A DNA stretch of 64,000 bases from an uncultured Eubacteriales bacterium (GCA_903835065.1 CAILLO010000077.1:48621-112620), one strand, 5' to 3'. Positions 26,516-38,355 are shown, numbered from the stretch's first letter. Numbers and translations are program-made. Notes: generated by a model from the letters alone, not told the origin.

Positions 26516-27715
26516 CTACCCGAACATGTGCAGCAGCGCCGCGAGCCCGAGACCCAGGTAGTTCGACACCGCGAGACCCAGGATGCCGCACAGGATGCCC
26601 GGGAGGATGATTTCGGGGTTCTTCAGCGCGCTCGCGACCGGGGCGATGAACGGGGGGCCGAAGATGCCGGCGGTCGAGGTGATGATCATCGTGTCGGCGT
26701 CGATCTTCCCGAGCCTCGCGAGCAGCGCGTGCACCACCACGATTCCGTACTGGACGGCCATGATCATGCCGAGGACGCCGAGGGCGCCCGAAAGCTTCTC
26801 GAAATCGAAGGACAGCCCGGTGATCACGGCGAACATCAGGATGAAGTACTGGCCGGTCGCGAACGAGCCGGGCGCGCTGCGCACCTTCGGCACGAAGGAC
26901 AGGGCGATGCCCAGCGTCGTGACGACGATCATGATCACCGCCGTGAACTCGCCCATCTTGGCGAGCCCGACGTTGCCGTACCGGCTGGGGAGCAGCAGCG
27001 TGATGCCGGCGGCGACGAGGAAGCAGGCGAGCGCCAGGCCGACCAGGGCGGCGCGGCCCGCGAAGGCCCGGAACGGGTGCGTGGGCAGCTTCCTGCCGCT
27101 GAATTCCTCGACGTAGCGGCCTTGCTCGACCGCGTCGCCGACGGTTCCGACGGGGACGTACTTCGGGAGGAAGCGCCGCATCAGGGGGCCCATGAAGGAC
27201 AGCAGGATCAGGAAATAGGTGCCGCCGGCGAAGATGTCGGCGGTGGTCAGCAGGGCGATGTTGGAATTGCTGTCCTGCAGGGACTTGCCGATCGCGACGA
27301 TGTTCGGCGTGCCGCCGATGTAGTCGCCGACCAGCATGGCGCCCATGTTCAGCGCGTCGGGCACGAAGGCGCGGAACGCGAAGAACCCCGCGGTGCAGAC
27401 GAGCAGCGTCGCGAGGCCGTTCATGCCGTAGGAGACGAGCATCGGCTTCGCGAGGCGTCGCACGCCGGGGAGATCCGCGGAGAACAGGACCAGCGGCATG
27501 GCCATGCAGACCATGATGGACGAGACGTCGCTCGCCGTGCCGAGGTCCGCCCCGCCCAGCTTGACCAGAGGGGAGAGCAGCAGACCGAGTACGTAGCAGA
27601 GGAAAACGGAGCCGAGGGTGTTGAGAATCGGGACCTTCTGGGCCGCGAGGATCAGGAGGCGCGGCAGGAACAGAACCGCCAGGAACATCAGGATGGTGGA
27701 CACCGTCGACAGCAT
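26516..27715 (-). CDS. DUF819-like polytopic membrane protein
   Basis: 399 aa, hydrophobic throughout. The family call rests on overall resemblance only. Confidence 0.65.
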   Translation of the reverse strand: MLSTVSTILMFLAVLFLPRLLILAAQKVPILNTLGSVFLCYVLGLLLSPLVKLGGADLGTASDVSSIMVCMAMPLVLFSADLPGVRRLAKPMLVSYGMNGLATLLVCTAGFFAFRAFVPDALNMGAMLVGDYIGGTPNIVAIGKSLQDSNSNIALLTTADIFAGGTYFLILLSFMGPLMRRFLPKYVPVGTVGDAVEQGRYVEEFSGRKLPTHPFRAFAGRAALVGLALACFLVAAGITLLLPSRYGNVGLAKMGEFTAVIMIVVTTLGIALSFVPKVRSAPGSFATGQYFILMFAVITGLSFDFEKLSGALGVLGMIMAVQYGIVVVHALLARLGKIDADTMIITSTAGIFGPPFIAPVASALKNPEIILPGILCGILGLAVSNYLGLGLAALLHMFG

Positions 27716-27746
27716 CGGATCACGCTCCCATCTTTCGGATGCCTGT

Positions 27747-27775
27747 ATTGTAGGTGTGCGGGGGAGCCCTGTAAA
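27747..27775 (-). promoter_or_regulatory. Candidate promoter of the DUF819 gene
   Basis: Minus strand: TTTACA (27775-27770), 17-nt spacer, TACAAT (27752-27747). Confidence 0.5.
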
Positions 27776-27827
27776 GTGCTTTGAAGGACAAAGGAAACAA
27801 AACGTGGAATTCCCGTCCGTCCGATGC

Positions 27828-28447
27828 TCAGAGGTCCTCGACCAGGACCGCCCGGACCGGCGCGCCGTCGGCGCCGCGAAGGAGCAGCGGAAGCGCGATC
27901 AGGGTGTACTCCCCCGCCGGCACGTGCGCCAGGCGGAGACCCTCCAGGACCAGGACGTCCGCGCCGATCAGCGTCCGGTGCGTCTCGTGTCCCGGCTGGC
28001 CTCGCTCGATGCCCAGCGCATCGATGCCGACGCCTGCGACGCCGCGCTCGACCAGGCATTCGGCGCCGTCGGCGGCCAGGGTGACGGTCGCGTCGCCGTC
28101 GACGTCGGTGAAGGAATTGGCGGTCTTCAGCAGCACGAAGGCGCCGGCCGCCACGTCCAGCGGCTCGAGGTCCCTGCGCCGGACCGGGCCGCGCACGCCG
28201 GTCAGGTCGACCACCCGGCAGCGGGTCACGAGACGGGCCGGGTCGATCGCATCGATTCCTTCGCCCCCGTCGACCATGTGGAGCGGCGCGTCGAGATGCG
28301 TGCCCGTGTGCACGTTCATCGAGAGTTCCGATTCGTTGACGCCGCCCTCCGGGAACCTCCGTACGGCCGCGATGCGCGGCCTCCTGGCCGGGTCGTTGCG
28401 ATAGGTCTCCATGCCCTCGTGGATCGGCATCGAGATGTCGATGACCC

Positions 28448-28451
<4 letters not shown>
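27828..28451 (-). CDS. Cyclase-family metal-dependent hydrolase (kynurenine formamidase fold)
   Basis: Start at MRVIDISMPIHEGMETY. Shows the HTGTHLDAPLH zinc-binding motif. ATGA overlap with the zwf stop. Confidence 0.85.
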
Positions 28452-29956
<1,505 letters not shown>

Positions 29957-30018
29957 TTGGCTCCTCCTGCGACCTGCCGCCGTAACATCCGGCGGTCGGC
30001 GTCTGGAACCAGAGTAGG

Positions 30019-31287
30019 TCAAACCCCGGTCGAATGCAATCGGGCGTCCGGAAGAGATCTCGGCTCCTTCAACCAGAATCCCAGCAGCAGCGCCCCTGCG
30101 GTCGCGGTCGCCGCGGTCGCCGCGAACAGCCCGCCAAAGCCCAGCAGGACGACAAGCCCCCCGCCGAGCAGCGGCGCCAGCGTCCGGGCGGGGGCCAGCA
30201 GCGTCCCGGCCAGGCCGAGGTAGGTCGGACGGTCTTCCGCGCTGCAGAACTCCATCGTGATCGTGCTTCCCGAGACGACGTCACCGGAAAGACCAGAGGC
30301 AAGAAGCACGAAGACCAGTCCGAGCCAGGCGGGCGAGGTACAGAGGAACAGGGCGGTCGCGGCTGCGAGTGCGAGGCACAGGGTGGAGAGGGCCAGGACG
30401 AGCTTGTGCCCGAAGCGGTCGCCGAGAAAACCCCAGACGAGGTTCATGACCATCTGTCCGGCCACGAGGACGCCGGTCAGGATGCCGACGGCGGCGCCGC
30501 CCAGCCGGAAGCGCTCGATGCCGAAGAGGATGAAGAAGCCGGTGGACATGCTGCCGAAGAGGCCGACGAACCGGCTGACGAGCAGCGCCCGGAAGTTGCG
30601 GTCGCGCCGGAGGACGGCGGGAAGCCTGCGCAGATAGTCCAGATAGGAACCCTCGTGCTTCTTGACGGGTCCGTCGGGCTCTCGGTTCAGGGCGAAGGCT
30701 CCCAGCGAGAACAGGGAGAACAGGAAGGCGAGCAGGAAGCAGGCCGTGAAGGAGTCCGGGAACGAGAAACCGCTCAGCGCGTTCGCGGCGAGCGCGGCGC
30801 CCGCGATGCCCATACAGGCCCCCAGGGCGCTGCCGAGGCCGAACCAGAGGCCTCGGCGGGTGACCGGGATGACCTTGGCGATCAGGTCGAGCCAGGCGGG
30901 CGTGATCGCGCCGTTGGTGAAGGAGACGACCGCGAAGAGGAAGACGAGGCCGGCCAGCGCGAGTCCTGGGGAGCGGACCGCGAACCCCGCGACCAGCAGG
31001 GCCATCAGCAGGTATGGCAGGCGTTCGCCGAGAAACCCGTAGAGAAGCAGCAGGGGCTTCTTGCGGACCAGCGTCTCCGTGTGGCGGGCGAAGAAGACCG
31101 AAGGCAGGTACGACCCCATGCTGACGACGGCCGGGATGAGGCCGACGGCGAACCGGGAGGCGGTCAGGTGGCTGACCAGGACGGGAATGATCGTCGCCTG
31201 GGAGACGAGGTTCAGCGCGAGGCTGATGAACGCGATGTCGACGACGTTGACCGCGAAGTTCCAGCGAAGGTTCCGGTCGCCGCCCAT
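30019..31287 (-). CDS. MFS-type transporter
   Basis: Start at MGGDRNLRWNFAVNVVDIAF (GGAAGGG RBS). About 12 hydrophobic segments. The upstream part of the track ORF is the antisense/shadow of the permease gene. Confidence 0.8.
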   Translation of the reverse strand: MGGDRNLRWNFAVNVVDIAFISLALNLVSQATIIPVLVSHLTASRFAVGLIPAVVSMGSYLPSVFFARHTETLVRKKPLLLLYGFLGERLPYLLMALLVAGFAVRSPGLALAGLVFLFAVVSFTNGAITPAWLDLIAKVIPVTRRGLWFGLGSALGACMGIAGAALAANALSGFSFPDSFTACFLLAFLFSLFSLGAFALNREPDGPVKKHEGSYLDYLRRLPAVLRRDRNFRALLVSRFVGLFGSMSTGFFILFGIERFRLGGAAVGILTGVLVAGQMVMNLVWGFLGDRFGHKLVLALSTLCLALAAATALFLCTSPAWLGLVFVLLASGLSGDVVSGSTITMEFCSAEDRPTYLGLAGTLLAPARTLAPLLGGGLVVLLGFGGLFAATAATATAGALLLGFWLKEPRSLPDARLHSTGV

Positions 31288-31307
31288 CGCGGCCGGCCCT
31301 TCCGTTC

Positions 31308-32144
31308 CTATTCCTTCACCGCGCCCGAGGTCAGGCCGCTGGCGAGGTGCTTCTCGATTCCCAGGAACAGGGCGATTACGGGCACCGTGGCGACGATGCT
31401 GACGGCGAAGAGGTACTGCCACTGCACGTCGTATTTGCCGAAGAACGCGTAGATGCCCACGGTGAGGGGCTTGTACGCCTCCGTGGAGATGATGGTGAGG
31501 GCGAAGGTGAATTCGTTCCAGGCGGCGATGAACACGAAGATCAGGGCCGTGATGAGGCCGGGCGCCGAGAGGGGCAGCAGGACCCGGAAGAGTCCCTGGA
31601 CGCGGTTGCAGCCGTCGATCCAGGCGGACTGCTCCAACTCGTAGGGGATGGTCGAGAAGTATCCTTTCAGGATCCAGACCGCGAAGGCCTGGTTGAAGGC
31701 GGCATTGACGATGATGAGGCCGGCGATGGTATCGACCAGCCCGAACCAACCCATGACCCGGAACAGGCCGACGAGCAGCACGATCGGCGAGAACATCTGC
31801 GTGACGAGGACCAGGTACATGTACGCGTTGAGCCCCCTGAACTTCATCCGGGCCAGCGCGTACGCCGCCGGGATGGCGCAGACCAGGGTGATGCTGGTCG
31901 CGCAGGTCGCGATGACGAAGGAGTTGGACATGTATTGGGCCAGCGGGACCTTCGCCCACATGTCGACGAAGTTCTGGAACTGCCAGACCTTCGGGAAGAA
32001 GGTCGGCGGAATCGCGAAGATCTCGGTCCGGTTCTTCAGCGAAGTCAGGATCATGATCAGGTAGGGGAACGAGAACACGCCCAGGATCAGCAGCGCGCCG
32101 AGGTATTTCAGGACATGCAGGATCCGCCGCTTCAGCATGTCCAT
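31308..32144 (-). CDS. Carbohydrate ABC transporter permease (MalG-type)
   Basis: Start at MDMLKRRILHVLKY. EAA-loop region ELEQSAWIDGCNRVQGLFRVLLPLSAPG. ATGA overlap with the upstream permease. Confidence 0.92.
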   Translation of the reverse strand: MDMLKRRILHVLKYLGALLILGVFSFPYLIMILTSLKNRTEIFAIPPTFFPKVWQFQNFVDMWAKVPLAQYMSNSFVIATCATSITLVCAIPAAYALARMKFRGLNAYMYLVLVTQMFSPIVLLVGLFRVMGWFGLVDTIAGLIIVNAAFNQAFAVWILKGYFSTIPYELEQSAWIDGCNRVQGLFRVLLPLSAPGLITALIFVFIAAWNEFTFALTIISTEAYKPLTVGIYAFFGKYDVQWQYLFAVSIVATVPVIALFLGIEKHLASGLTSGAVKE

Positions 32145-33052
32145 CACTTCTTCCTCTCCTGGGTCAGCGTCACGTACAGGATGGAGAAGAACAGGAGGAA
32201 GAGAAAGCTCAGGACCGAAATCGAGGCGGCCTGCCCCATCTTGTTGACCTGGAAGGCGAGCTTGTAGAGGTAGGTCACGACGGTGTCGGTCTGGTTGAGC
32301 GGGTCGCCGCGCGTGATGGTCCAGATGATGGGGAACGAGTTGAAGACGTAGATGATGTTCAGCACGGTGCAGACGGTCAGGGGCTGCTTCAGCATGGGCA
32401 GCGTGATGTGGGCGAACTTGCGGTAGCCCCCCGCGCCGTCGATGTCGGCGGACTCGTAGAGCACGTCGGGAATCGACTGCAGACCCGCCAGAATCACGAT
32501 GGTCGTGAAGGGGATCGTGTCGAAGATGCCGGCCCAGAGCAGCACGGGGAAGGAGCTCGAGGGCTGGGCCAGCCAGTAGACGTTCGCGCCGATCAGGTGG
32601 AAGAACTTCAGGATCAGGTTGAGGGTGCCGTAGTTGTAGTCGAAGATCCATTTCCACACCGAGGCGGTGATGATGAGCGAGGTCGCCCAGGGGAAGATGA
32701 TGACGGACCGGACGACGCGGCGCCCGAAGAACCGCCGGTTGAGCAGCAGGGCGATGCCCATGGACAGGACCGTCGCCACGCCCACGACCACGACGGTCCA
32801 GACGAGCGTGTTGCGCAGGACGAGGAGCAGGTTCTCCTCGCGGAACAGGTCGAGGTAGTTCTGGAAGTCGTTCCACCCCTTGACGAGGCCGGAACGGGTG
32901 ACTTCGGAGAAGGATGTGCGGAACAGCTCGAACACGGGCACGAAGATGATCGCGACGATCAGCAGCAGACTCGGCAGGATCCAAAGATAGACGGACAGTC
33001 CGCTGAACCTGCCGCGCCGCTTCCGCTGGGCCATCCTGGTCAAGGGTTCCAT
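32144..33052 (-). CDS. Carbohydrate ABC transporter permease (MalF-type)
   Basis: 302 aa. EAA loop YESADIDGAGGYRKFAHITLPMLK. GGGAG RBS. Confidence 0.92.
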   Translation of the reverse strand: MEPLTRMAQRKRRGRFSGLSVYLWILPSLLLIVAIIFVPVFELFRTSFSEVTRSGLVKGWNDFQNYLDLFREENLLLVLRNTLVWTVVVVGVATVLSMGIALLLNRRFFGRRVVRSVIIFPWATSLIITASVWKWIFDYNYGTLNLILKFFHLIGANVYWLAQPSSSFPVLLWAGIFDTIPFTTIVILAGLQSIPDVLYESADIDGAGGYRKFAHITLPMLKQPLTVCTVLNIIYVFNSFPIIWTITRGDPLNQTDTVVTYLYKLAFQVNKMGQAASISVLSFLFLLFFSILYVTLTQERKK

Positions 33053-33072
33053 CGCATCTCCCTGGAGTGGGA

Positions 33073-33098
33073 GTGGGCGGATCGCACGATCCGCCCAC
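33073..33098 (-). promoter_or_regulatory. Intercistronic perfect stem-loop between the binding-protein and permease genes
   Basis: GTGGGCGGATCG-CA-CGATCCGCCCAC, 12-nt perfect inverted repeat with no U tract. Typical position for an mRNA-stabilising or attenuating hairpin in ABC operons. Confidence 0.5.
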
Positions 33099-33155
33099 CC
33101 GCGCTTCGGTCATGGGTCGCGTTCCGGGTTCGGGCCAGGACGTTCGGTCTGGGGG

Positions 33156-34400
33156 TCAGGTCGTGCCGTCCGCGGTCGCCTGGACTTCGTTCAGGGCGTC
33201 CGTGACGGACATCTGGCCCAGGAGGACCTTCTGCAGGGCGGCGATGGCCGCGAACTTGATTTCGGGATACCGGGTGTCGTCCACCGGATAGGTCTGGGCG
33301 GACTGCAGTTCCTTGATGAATTCCGCGGTCATCGGGTCGCTGGCGGCCATCGCGGTGCCGACGGTCTTGGTGACCGGCAGGAAGCCTTCATTCGTCAGGA
33401 AGGTCTGGTAGTTCGCGTCCTTGTAGAAGAAGTCCAGGAACTTCGTGATGGCGGGGACGCTCTTGGTGGACTTGAAGACCATCAGGGAGTCCTGAACGAA
33501 CAGGCTGGTCTGGGGCTTCCCGTCGTTGCAGGGCATGGGGGCGACGCCGTAGTTCAGATTCGGGGCGTCGGTCTTGAGAATCGTCGGGAAGAAGTTGGCG
33601 GTCATCATCATGCCGAGCTTGCCGGCGGCGAAGACCTTCTGCAGCTCGTCGCGGTTGATCGCGGTCGGCTGCGCGTTGGTCGTCTTGTCGGTGTTGACTA
33701 GGTCGTTCATGAAGGTGAAGGCCTCGATGTTCTCGGCGCTGTTGAGCGCCCACTTGCCGTCCTTCTTCCAGCCGCCGCCGTTGCCGAACGCGAAGTAGGA
33801 GAAGAAGGCCTCGCCCTCGAAGTTGGTCATCTCGATGCCGTACGCGTCCACGGCGGCCTTCTCCTTGATCAGCTTGCAGTCGGCGCGCAGTTCGGACCAG
33901 GTCTTGGGTGGCGTGGCGATGCCGGCGGTCGCGAAGATGTCCTTGTTGTAATACAGGCTTCTCACGGAGGAGAGCAGCGGAATCGCGTAGGTCGTGCCCT
34001 TGATCGCGTTGCCGGCGTAGAGCGATTCGTAGATGTTGGCCTTGAGCGCCGGCGAAATCACCTTCGATGCGTCCATCAGCAGGTTGTCGTTGACGTAGGC
34101 GGAAAACAGGTCGATGTTCAGGAGGTCGGGCGCCTGGTTCGTGGAGATCAGCGTGTTGACGCGCTGGTTGATCACGTCCCAGCCGACGACCTGGAGGTTG
34201 ACGGTGATGTTCGGGTTCTCCTTTTCGAAGCGGGCCACGAGGTCCTTGAGGAACGGCTCGGTCGCCGTGCTGTACTGGGCCGCGAGGAACGTGAACGAGG
34301 ACTTCGCCGAGGCCGTCGAGCAGCCGGTCAGGCTGAATGAGGCCAGGACCGCGGTGACGAGGACGAGAACGACCAGTCGGGTCCAACCACGTCTAGACAT
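33156..34400 (-). CDS. Carbohydrate ABC transporter substrate-binding lipoprotein
   Basis: Start at MSRRGWTRLVVLVLV with lipobox LTGC (GAGGAGG RBS). Family-1 extracellular solute-binding features. Confidence 0.9.
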   Translation of the reverse strand: MSRRGWTRLVVLVLVTAVLASFSLTGCSTASAKSSFTFLAAQYSTATEPFLKDLVARFEKENPNITVNLQVVGWDVINQRVNTLISTNQAPDLLNIDLFSAYVNDNLLMDASKVISPALKANIYESLYAGNAIKGTTYAIPLLSSVRSLYYNKDIFATAGIATPPKTWSELRADCKLIKEKAAVDAYGIEMTNFEGEAFFSYFAFGNGGGWKKDGKWALNSAENIEAFTFMNDLVNTDKTTNAQPTAINRDELQKVFAAGKLGMMMTANFFPTILKTDAPNLNYGVAPMPCNDGKPQTSLFVQDSLMVFKSTKSVPAITKFLDFFYKDANYQTFLTNEGFLPVTKTVGTAMAASDPMTAEFIKELQSAQTYPVDDTRYPEIKFAAIAALQKVLLGQMSVTDALNEVQATADGTT

Positions 34401-34506
34401 CTGGATACCTCCTCTTGATTCCTTCTTCGGGCACTCCACCGACAATTGTACGGAACGGAGCGGCGATTGGAAGGCAGAAACCAGAGGTTTCGTGCATTTT
34501 GCAGAC

Positions 34507-35607
34507 CTAGCGGAAGTCGGACGGCGTCGTTCCTGCTATCTTCCGGAACTGGGTGCTGAAATAGTGCTCGTCGGCATAGCCCACGGCCTCGGCGATCTCG
34601 TAGACCTTGAGGCGTCCCTCCTTCAGGAGTTCCTTGGCCTTCCCGACGCGGACCCGGTTGACGTAGTCGCTGACGGAGAAGCCCGTGGCCTCCTTGAAGA
34701 TCCGGCCGAGGTAGTCCTTGTTCAGGAGCAGCCGCTGCGACAGGTAGCCGGTCGTCACGTCCTCCCGGTAGTCCTCGTTGACGATCCGGCGGATCCGCTC
34801 CACGACGCGCTTCTTCCGGCCGCCGCCGCCCTTGCGCGCGATCCGTTCCATGGCCGCGTCGACGATTCGCAGCAGCCAGGCCTCCAGCTCCTCCGCCCGT
34901 TCGATGCCGAAGGCTTCCCGGAAGGGGCTCGCCGGTTGCCCGAAGGCCTCTCCCAGGGAGATGCCCGATTCCTCGAGCACCGACGCCAGCGCGGCGTTGA
35001 CCAGCGAGACGAAGACGTACGCCCGTTCGAGCGAGGGCGGAGTTCCTTCGGATCGGTACGGGTCGAAGAACCGCATAACCCTCGACTTCACTTCGTCCGC
35101 GAGCCCGGTGCGGACCTCCATCACGAGTTCGTTCATGTCGAAGGAGAAATCCGCGACGTGGCCCGTGATGTCGACATGGTGGTTGCGGCGCAGTTGCTCT
35201 TTCAGGAATTCCACTTCGGCGTCGGAAGCCGTCTTCCGGTCGAGCATCGTCCGGATCTCGCGGGCGATGCCCTCGATCTCGTCCGGCGTGACCGGCTTCA
35301 GGATGTAGCGCACCGCGCCGTGCTCCAACGCCGCCTGGGCGTACTGGAACTCGTCGAATCCGCTGAGCACGACGACCAGCGGCGAACCGCCCCGGCGTCT
35401 GAGTTCCTTCAGGAAGGAGATGCCGTCCATCAGGGGCATCCGCATGTCGAGCAGGATGAAGTCGGCCGGCGCCTGTTCCAGCAGTTCCAGCGCCCTCACT
35501 CCGTTGCGCGCCGTGCGGATCCGGTAGCAGTCCATACGCGACTCGAGCCAGGACTTGATCCCGTTCCGGATCTCCTCCTCGTCCTCGACGATCAGCAGGT
35601 CGTACAA
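34507..35607 (-). CDS. Response regulator with AraC-type HTH output (YesN-like)
   Basis: No in-frame ATG lies near the receiver domain. TTG at 35607 (AGGAGGTG RBS 5 nt upstream) gives MYDLLIVEDEEEIRNG. Shows DFILLDMRMP and a C-terminal AraC HTH (GYADEHYFSTQFRK). Confidence 0.88.
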   Translation of the reverse strand: MYDLLIVEDEEEIRNGIKSWLESRMDCYRIRTARNGVRALELLEQAPADFILLDMRMPLMDGISFLKELRRRGGSPLVVVLSGFDEFQYAQAALEHGAVRYILKPVTPDEIEGIAREIRTMLDRKTASDAEVEFLKEQLRRNHHVDITGHVADFSFDMNELVMEVRTGLADEVKSRVMRFFDPYRSEGTPPSLERAYVFVSLVNAALASVLEESGISLGEAFGQPASPFREAFGIERAEELEAWLLRIVDAAMERIARKGGGGRKKRVVERIRRIVNEDYREDVTTGYLSQRLLLNKDYLGRIFKEATGFSVSDYVNRVRVGKAKELLKEGRLKVYEIAEAVGYADEHYFSTQFRKIAGTTPSDFR

Positions 35608-35618
35608 GCCGCCACCTC

Positions 35619-37391
35619 CTAGGTCCCGGGCGCGTCGAGGCGCTTCGGAAGAATCAGCCGGGCCACGGTCCACCCGTCTTCGACCCGATAGGAAAGTCCG
35701 AATTCCTTGCCGTAGAACAGCCGGATCCGGCTGTTCGTGTTGCGCGTTCCGATGCCGGAGCCGGGGCCGACGCCCGCGCCGGCGCCCGCGCCCTCGTCCG
35801 CTGCGGCCAGCGCCTCGTTGAGGCGGGCGACGCCCTCCGCGTCGAGGCCGGCTCCGTTGTCCAGGACCTCGAGCACGATGCTCCCGGCCTCCTCGAACCC
35901 GCGGATGCGGACGATGCCCGACGTCTCGTTCGTCTTGACCCCATGGTAGATCGCGTTCTCGACCAGCGGCTGGAGGATCAGCTTCTGGACCCGTACGGCG
36001 AGCAGCTCCTCGTCCACGTCGATCTCGTACTCGAATTCCCGGCTGTAGCGGATCTTCTGGATGCTGAGGTAGCTCCGCACCTGCTCGATCTCCTCGCCGA
36101 GGGAAATCGTATCGCGCCCGTCGCTCAGGCTGATGCGGAAGAACTTCGAGAGGGCGCTGACCATCTCGATGACCTCCTTCTTCTTGTCGCTGTTCGCGAG
36201 CCAGATGATGGAGGACAGCGTGTTGTAAAGGAAATGCGGGTTGATCTGCAGCCGCAGCATTCGGATCTCGGCCTCGCGGAGCCGATTCTGGGCGTCGTAG
36301 ATGTCCCGGATGGACTGGTCCACCTGGGTGACCATGGCGTCGAAGGCGCCTCCGATGCGGCCGATCTCATCATGCGAGTTGAAGCCCGCCCGCACGGCCC
36401 GATTGCCCTTCCCGACCTCCTCCATGACGGTGTCCAGCTTCTTCAGGGGCCGCGTGATGCGAGCCGAGAGGAAGAGGGAGAACAGGAACATCACGAGCAG
36501 CGCGGCCGAGCACAGCAGGACGGTCGTCCGCCGGATGCCGTCGCTGGCCGCCGTGAGACCGCTGAGACGCTCGATGCTGAGGTAGGTCCAGCCGTATCCG
36601 CTGTCCTTGCAGTAGGTCAGCAGGAAGTCGTCGTCGATGATCCGCTTCTCCAGGTACCCCTGGTCCTGCGTCAGCGGGTCGGAGACCTTGAACACGTCCT
36701 TCAGGTCCTGGCGGAGCTGGTACTTGTTGCGTCCCGAAAGGATGCGCCCGTTCTCGTCGAGGATCAGCATCTCCCCGTCCGGCACGTCGAAGCCGCTGTA
36801 GATCTGGAAGACGTAGTTCTCGTCGAGGTTCAGCAGGACGATGCCGGTCGACCGGCCGGTGGCCGGGTCCTTCGCGGCCAGGTAGAGCGGGAGGATGTCG
36901 ACGCCGTCCAACTGCTTCGGCGGGCCCCAGACGGGGCCATCGGCCAGACGTCCCGAGTGGTACCAGTCGCTGGCCGCTATGGAGTCGAAGCTCAGCGCCC
37001 GGCCGGGGTCGTCGGTCTTCATGTCGCCGGCCGCGTCGAAAAGGTAGATCGAGGCGACGCCGTCGTACCCGCCGAACTGGACGAACAGGCGCGCGATCTC
37101 GGAGTCGTCGGCAACCGGGTCGGATACGCCGCCCCGCATGTACGAGAGGACGTGGGAATCCGCCGCGAACTTCGCGGCGAGGGCCACCTTCCCGCTCAGG
37201 TAGTGGGAGACGATGTTGTCGGTGTCCCGGAGATTGCGGATGTTCTTCTCGATCTCCTTGTCCTTGATGATCGAGACGGCCGCGTTGTAGGAGGTCAGGC
37301 CGATGAAGAGCGTCGGCAGGAAGCAGACGATGAGGAAGAAGCCCAGCAGCTTCGTCTTGAGGCTGATGTCCCGGAATCTCGGCAGTGCCAC
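35619..37391 (-). CDS. Sensor histidine kinase (YesM-like: dCache-type sensor, HAMP, His_kinase, HATPase_c)
   Basis: 590 aa, GTG start (GGGAGGG RBS). Shows LQINPHFLYNTL (the family's His-kinase region) and ATPase boxes. Confidence 0.9.
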   Translation of the reverse strand: MALPRFRDISLKTKLLGFFLIVCFLPTLFIGLTSYNAAVSIIKDKEIEKNIRNLRDTDNIVSHYLSGKVALAAKFAADSHVLSYMRGGVSDPVADDSEIARLFVQFGGYDGVASIYLFDAAGDMKTDDPGRALSFDSIAASDWYHSGRLADGPVWGPPKQLDGVDILPLYLAAKDPATGRSTGIVLLNLDENYVFQIYSGFDVPDGEMLILDENGRILSGRNKYQLRQDLKDVFKVSDPLTQDQGYLEKRIIDDDFLLTYCKDSGYGWTYLSIERLSGLTAASDGIRRTTVLLCSAALLVMFLFSLFLSARITRPLKKLDTVMEEVGKGNRAVRAGFNSHDEIGRIGGAFDAMVTQVDQSIRDIYDAQNRLREAEIRMLRLQINPHFLYNTLSSIIWLANSDKKKEVIEMVSALSKFFRISLSDGRDTISLGEEIEQVRSYLSIQKIRYSREFEYEIDVDEELLAVRVQKLILQPLVENAIYHGVKTNETSGIVRIRGFEEAGSIVLEVLDNGAGLDAEGVARLNEALAAADEGAGAGAGVGPGSGIGTRNTNSRIRLFYGKEFGLSYRVEDGWTVARLILPKRLDAPGT

Positions 37392-37416
37392 GCCAACCCT
37401 CCCGTCGTCCGCTCCT

Positions 37417-38241
37417 TCAGGTACTCCGGCCGTCCACGTAGTCGACCGCCAGGTCCAGCTTGAAATGCTGCGCCTTCAGTCCTGGCAGGGAATCGTTGAT
37501 GTATTTCGTCAAAGAGACCATCCCGGGTTCCTCCGACGTACCGTGTCCCACCCGGAAAAGCGGCATCCCCGAGTCCACGGCCCAGGAGACGTCGCTCCAG
37601 TACCGGCACCCGTCGTCGCACACGACCGCCGCGTCGCAGCCCATCTCCAGGAACACGTCCGGCCGGCAGGCGCATCCCGTGCCGATACCGAGCCGCCGGA
37701 CGATCTTCCGCCCGTCTCCGAACCGCTGCACATAGGGGTCGCCCAGCGCGACCGTCCGGGCCGCGATGCGCTCGGCCAGTTCGTCCGCGCGGGTCGGCCC
37801 GATCTCGTAGGCCAGCTGGAAGCCGCGATTGCCGGTGGCGAACGGCAGGCCCTTCATGCCCAGATGCTGCGCCAGAGCCCAGGGGATGCCGATATCGGGA
37901 TAACGGTCCCAGCAGTCGTGGTTCCGCTCGACCACCAACCCGCTCTCCTCGACCAGCCGGCGTTTCAGGGCGGCCGTCGCGAGCTTCGCCGCGCTCTCCT
38001 CCTTCGCATCCAGTTTCTCCACCTCGTTGTCGTGGATCCAGAATGTCGGTTCATGGGTCATCAGGAGGTCGAATCCGTTTTCGACGGCGTAGCGGATCGC
38101 CTTCATGGTGCTCATCCAGGTCACAAGGACCGTCCGGACGTCCCGGTCCGGGTCGCCCAGGAGGATCCGGTCCACCGTCGGGTGCCGGTCGACCCACGTC
38201 GCCTGTGAATTGAAGTGGTGCAGGATCTCCCTGGCCTTCAT
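37417..38241 (-). CDS. Nif3-like dinuclear metal centre protein
   Basis: Start at MKAREILHHFNS (GGGAGGG RBS). Shows LLMTHEPTFW and VGHGTSEEPGM motifs. 274 aa. Confidence 0.75.
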   Translation of the reverse strand: MKAREILHHFNSQATWVDRHPTVDRILLGDPDRDVRTVLVTWMSTMKAIRYAVENGFDLLMTHEPTFWIHDNEVEKLDAKEESAAKLATAALKRRLVEESGLVVERNHDCWDRYPDIGIPWALAQHLGMKGLPFATGNRGFQLAYEIGPTRADELAERIAARTVALGDPYVQRFGDGRKIVRRLGIGTGCACRPDVFLEMGCDAAVVCDDGCRYWSDVSWAVDSGMPLFRVGHGTSEEPGMVSLTKYINDSLPGLKAQHFKLDLAVDYVDGRST

Positions 38242-38314
38242 GTCGCCCTCCCGACAGGCCCCGATTCCGCCGGGCCCCAGGGACAGTATATTCTGAAACG
38301 GCGGGAAATGGAGA

Positions 38315-38344
38315 GGCGGCCCTCCGGGAATCCGGAGCGCCGCC
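38315..38344 (-). terminator. Terminator hairpin downstream of tRNA-Pro
   Basis: Minus strand: GGCGGCGCTCCGG-ATTC-CCGGAGGGCCGCC (13-bp stem, one mismatch), followed by TCTCCATTTCCCGCCGTTTC. Confidence 0.55.
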
Positions 38345-38355
38345 TTGGTTCCACT

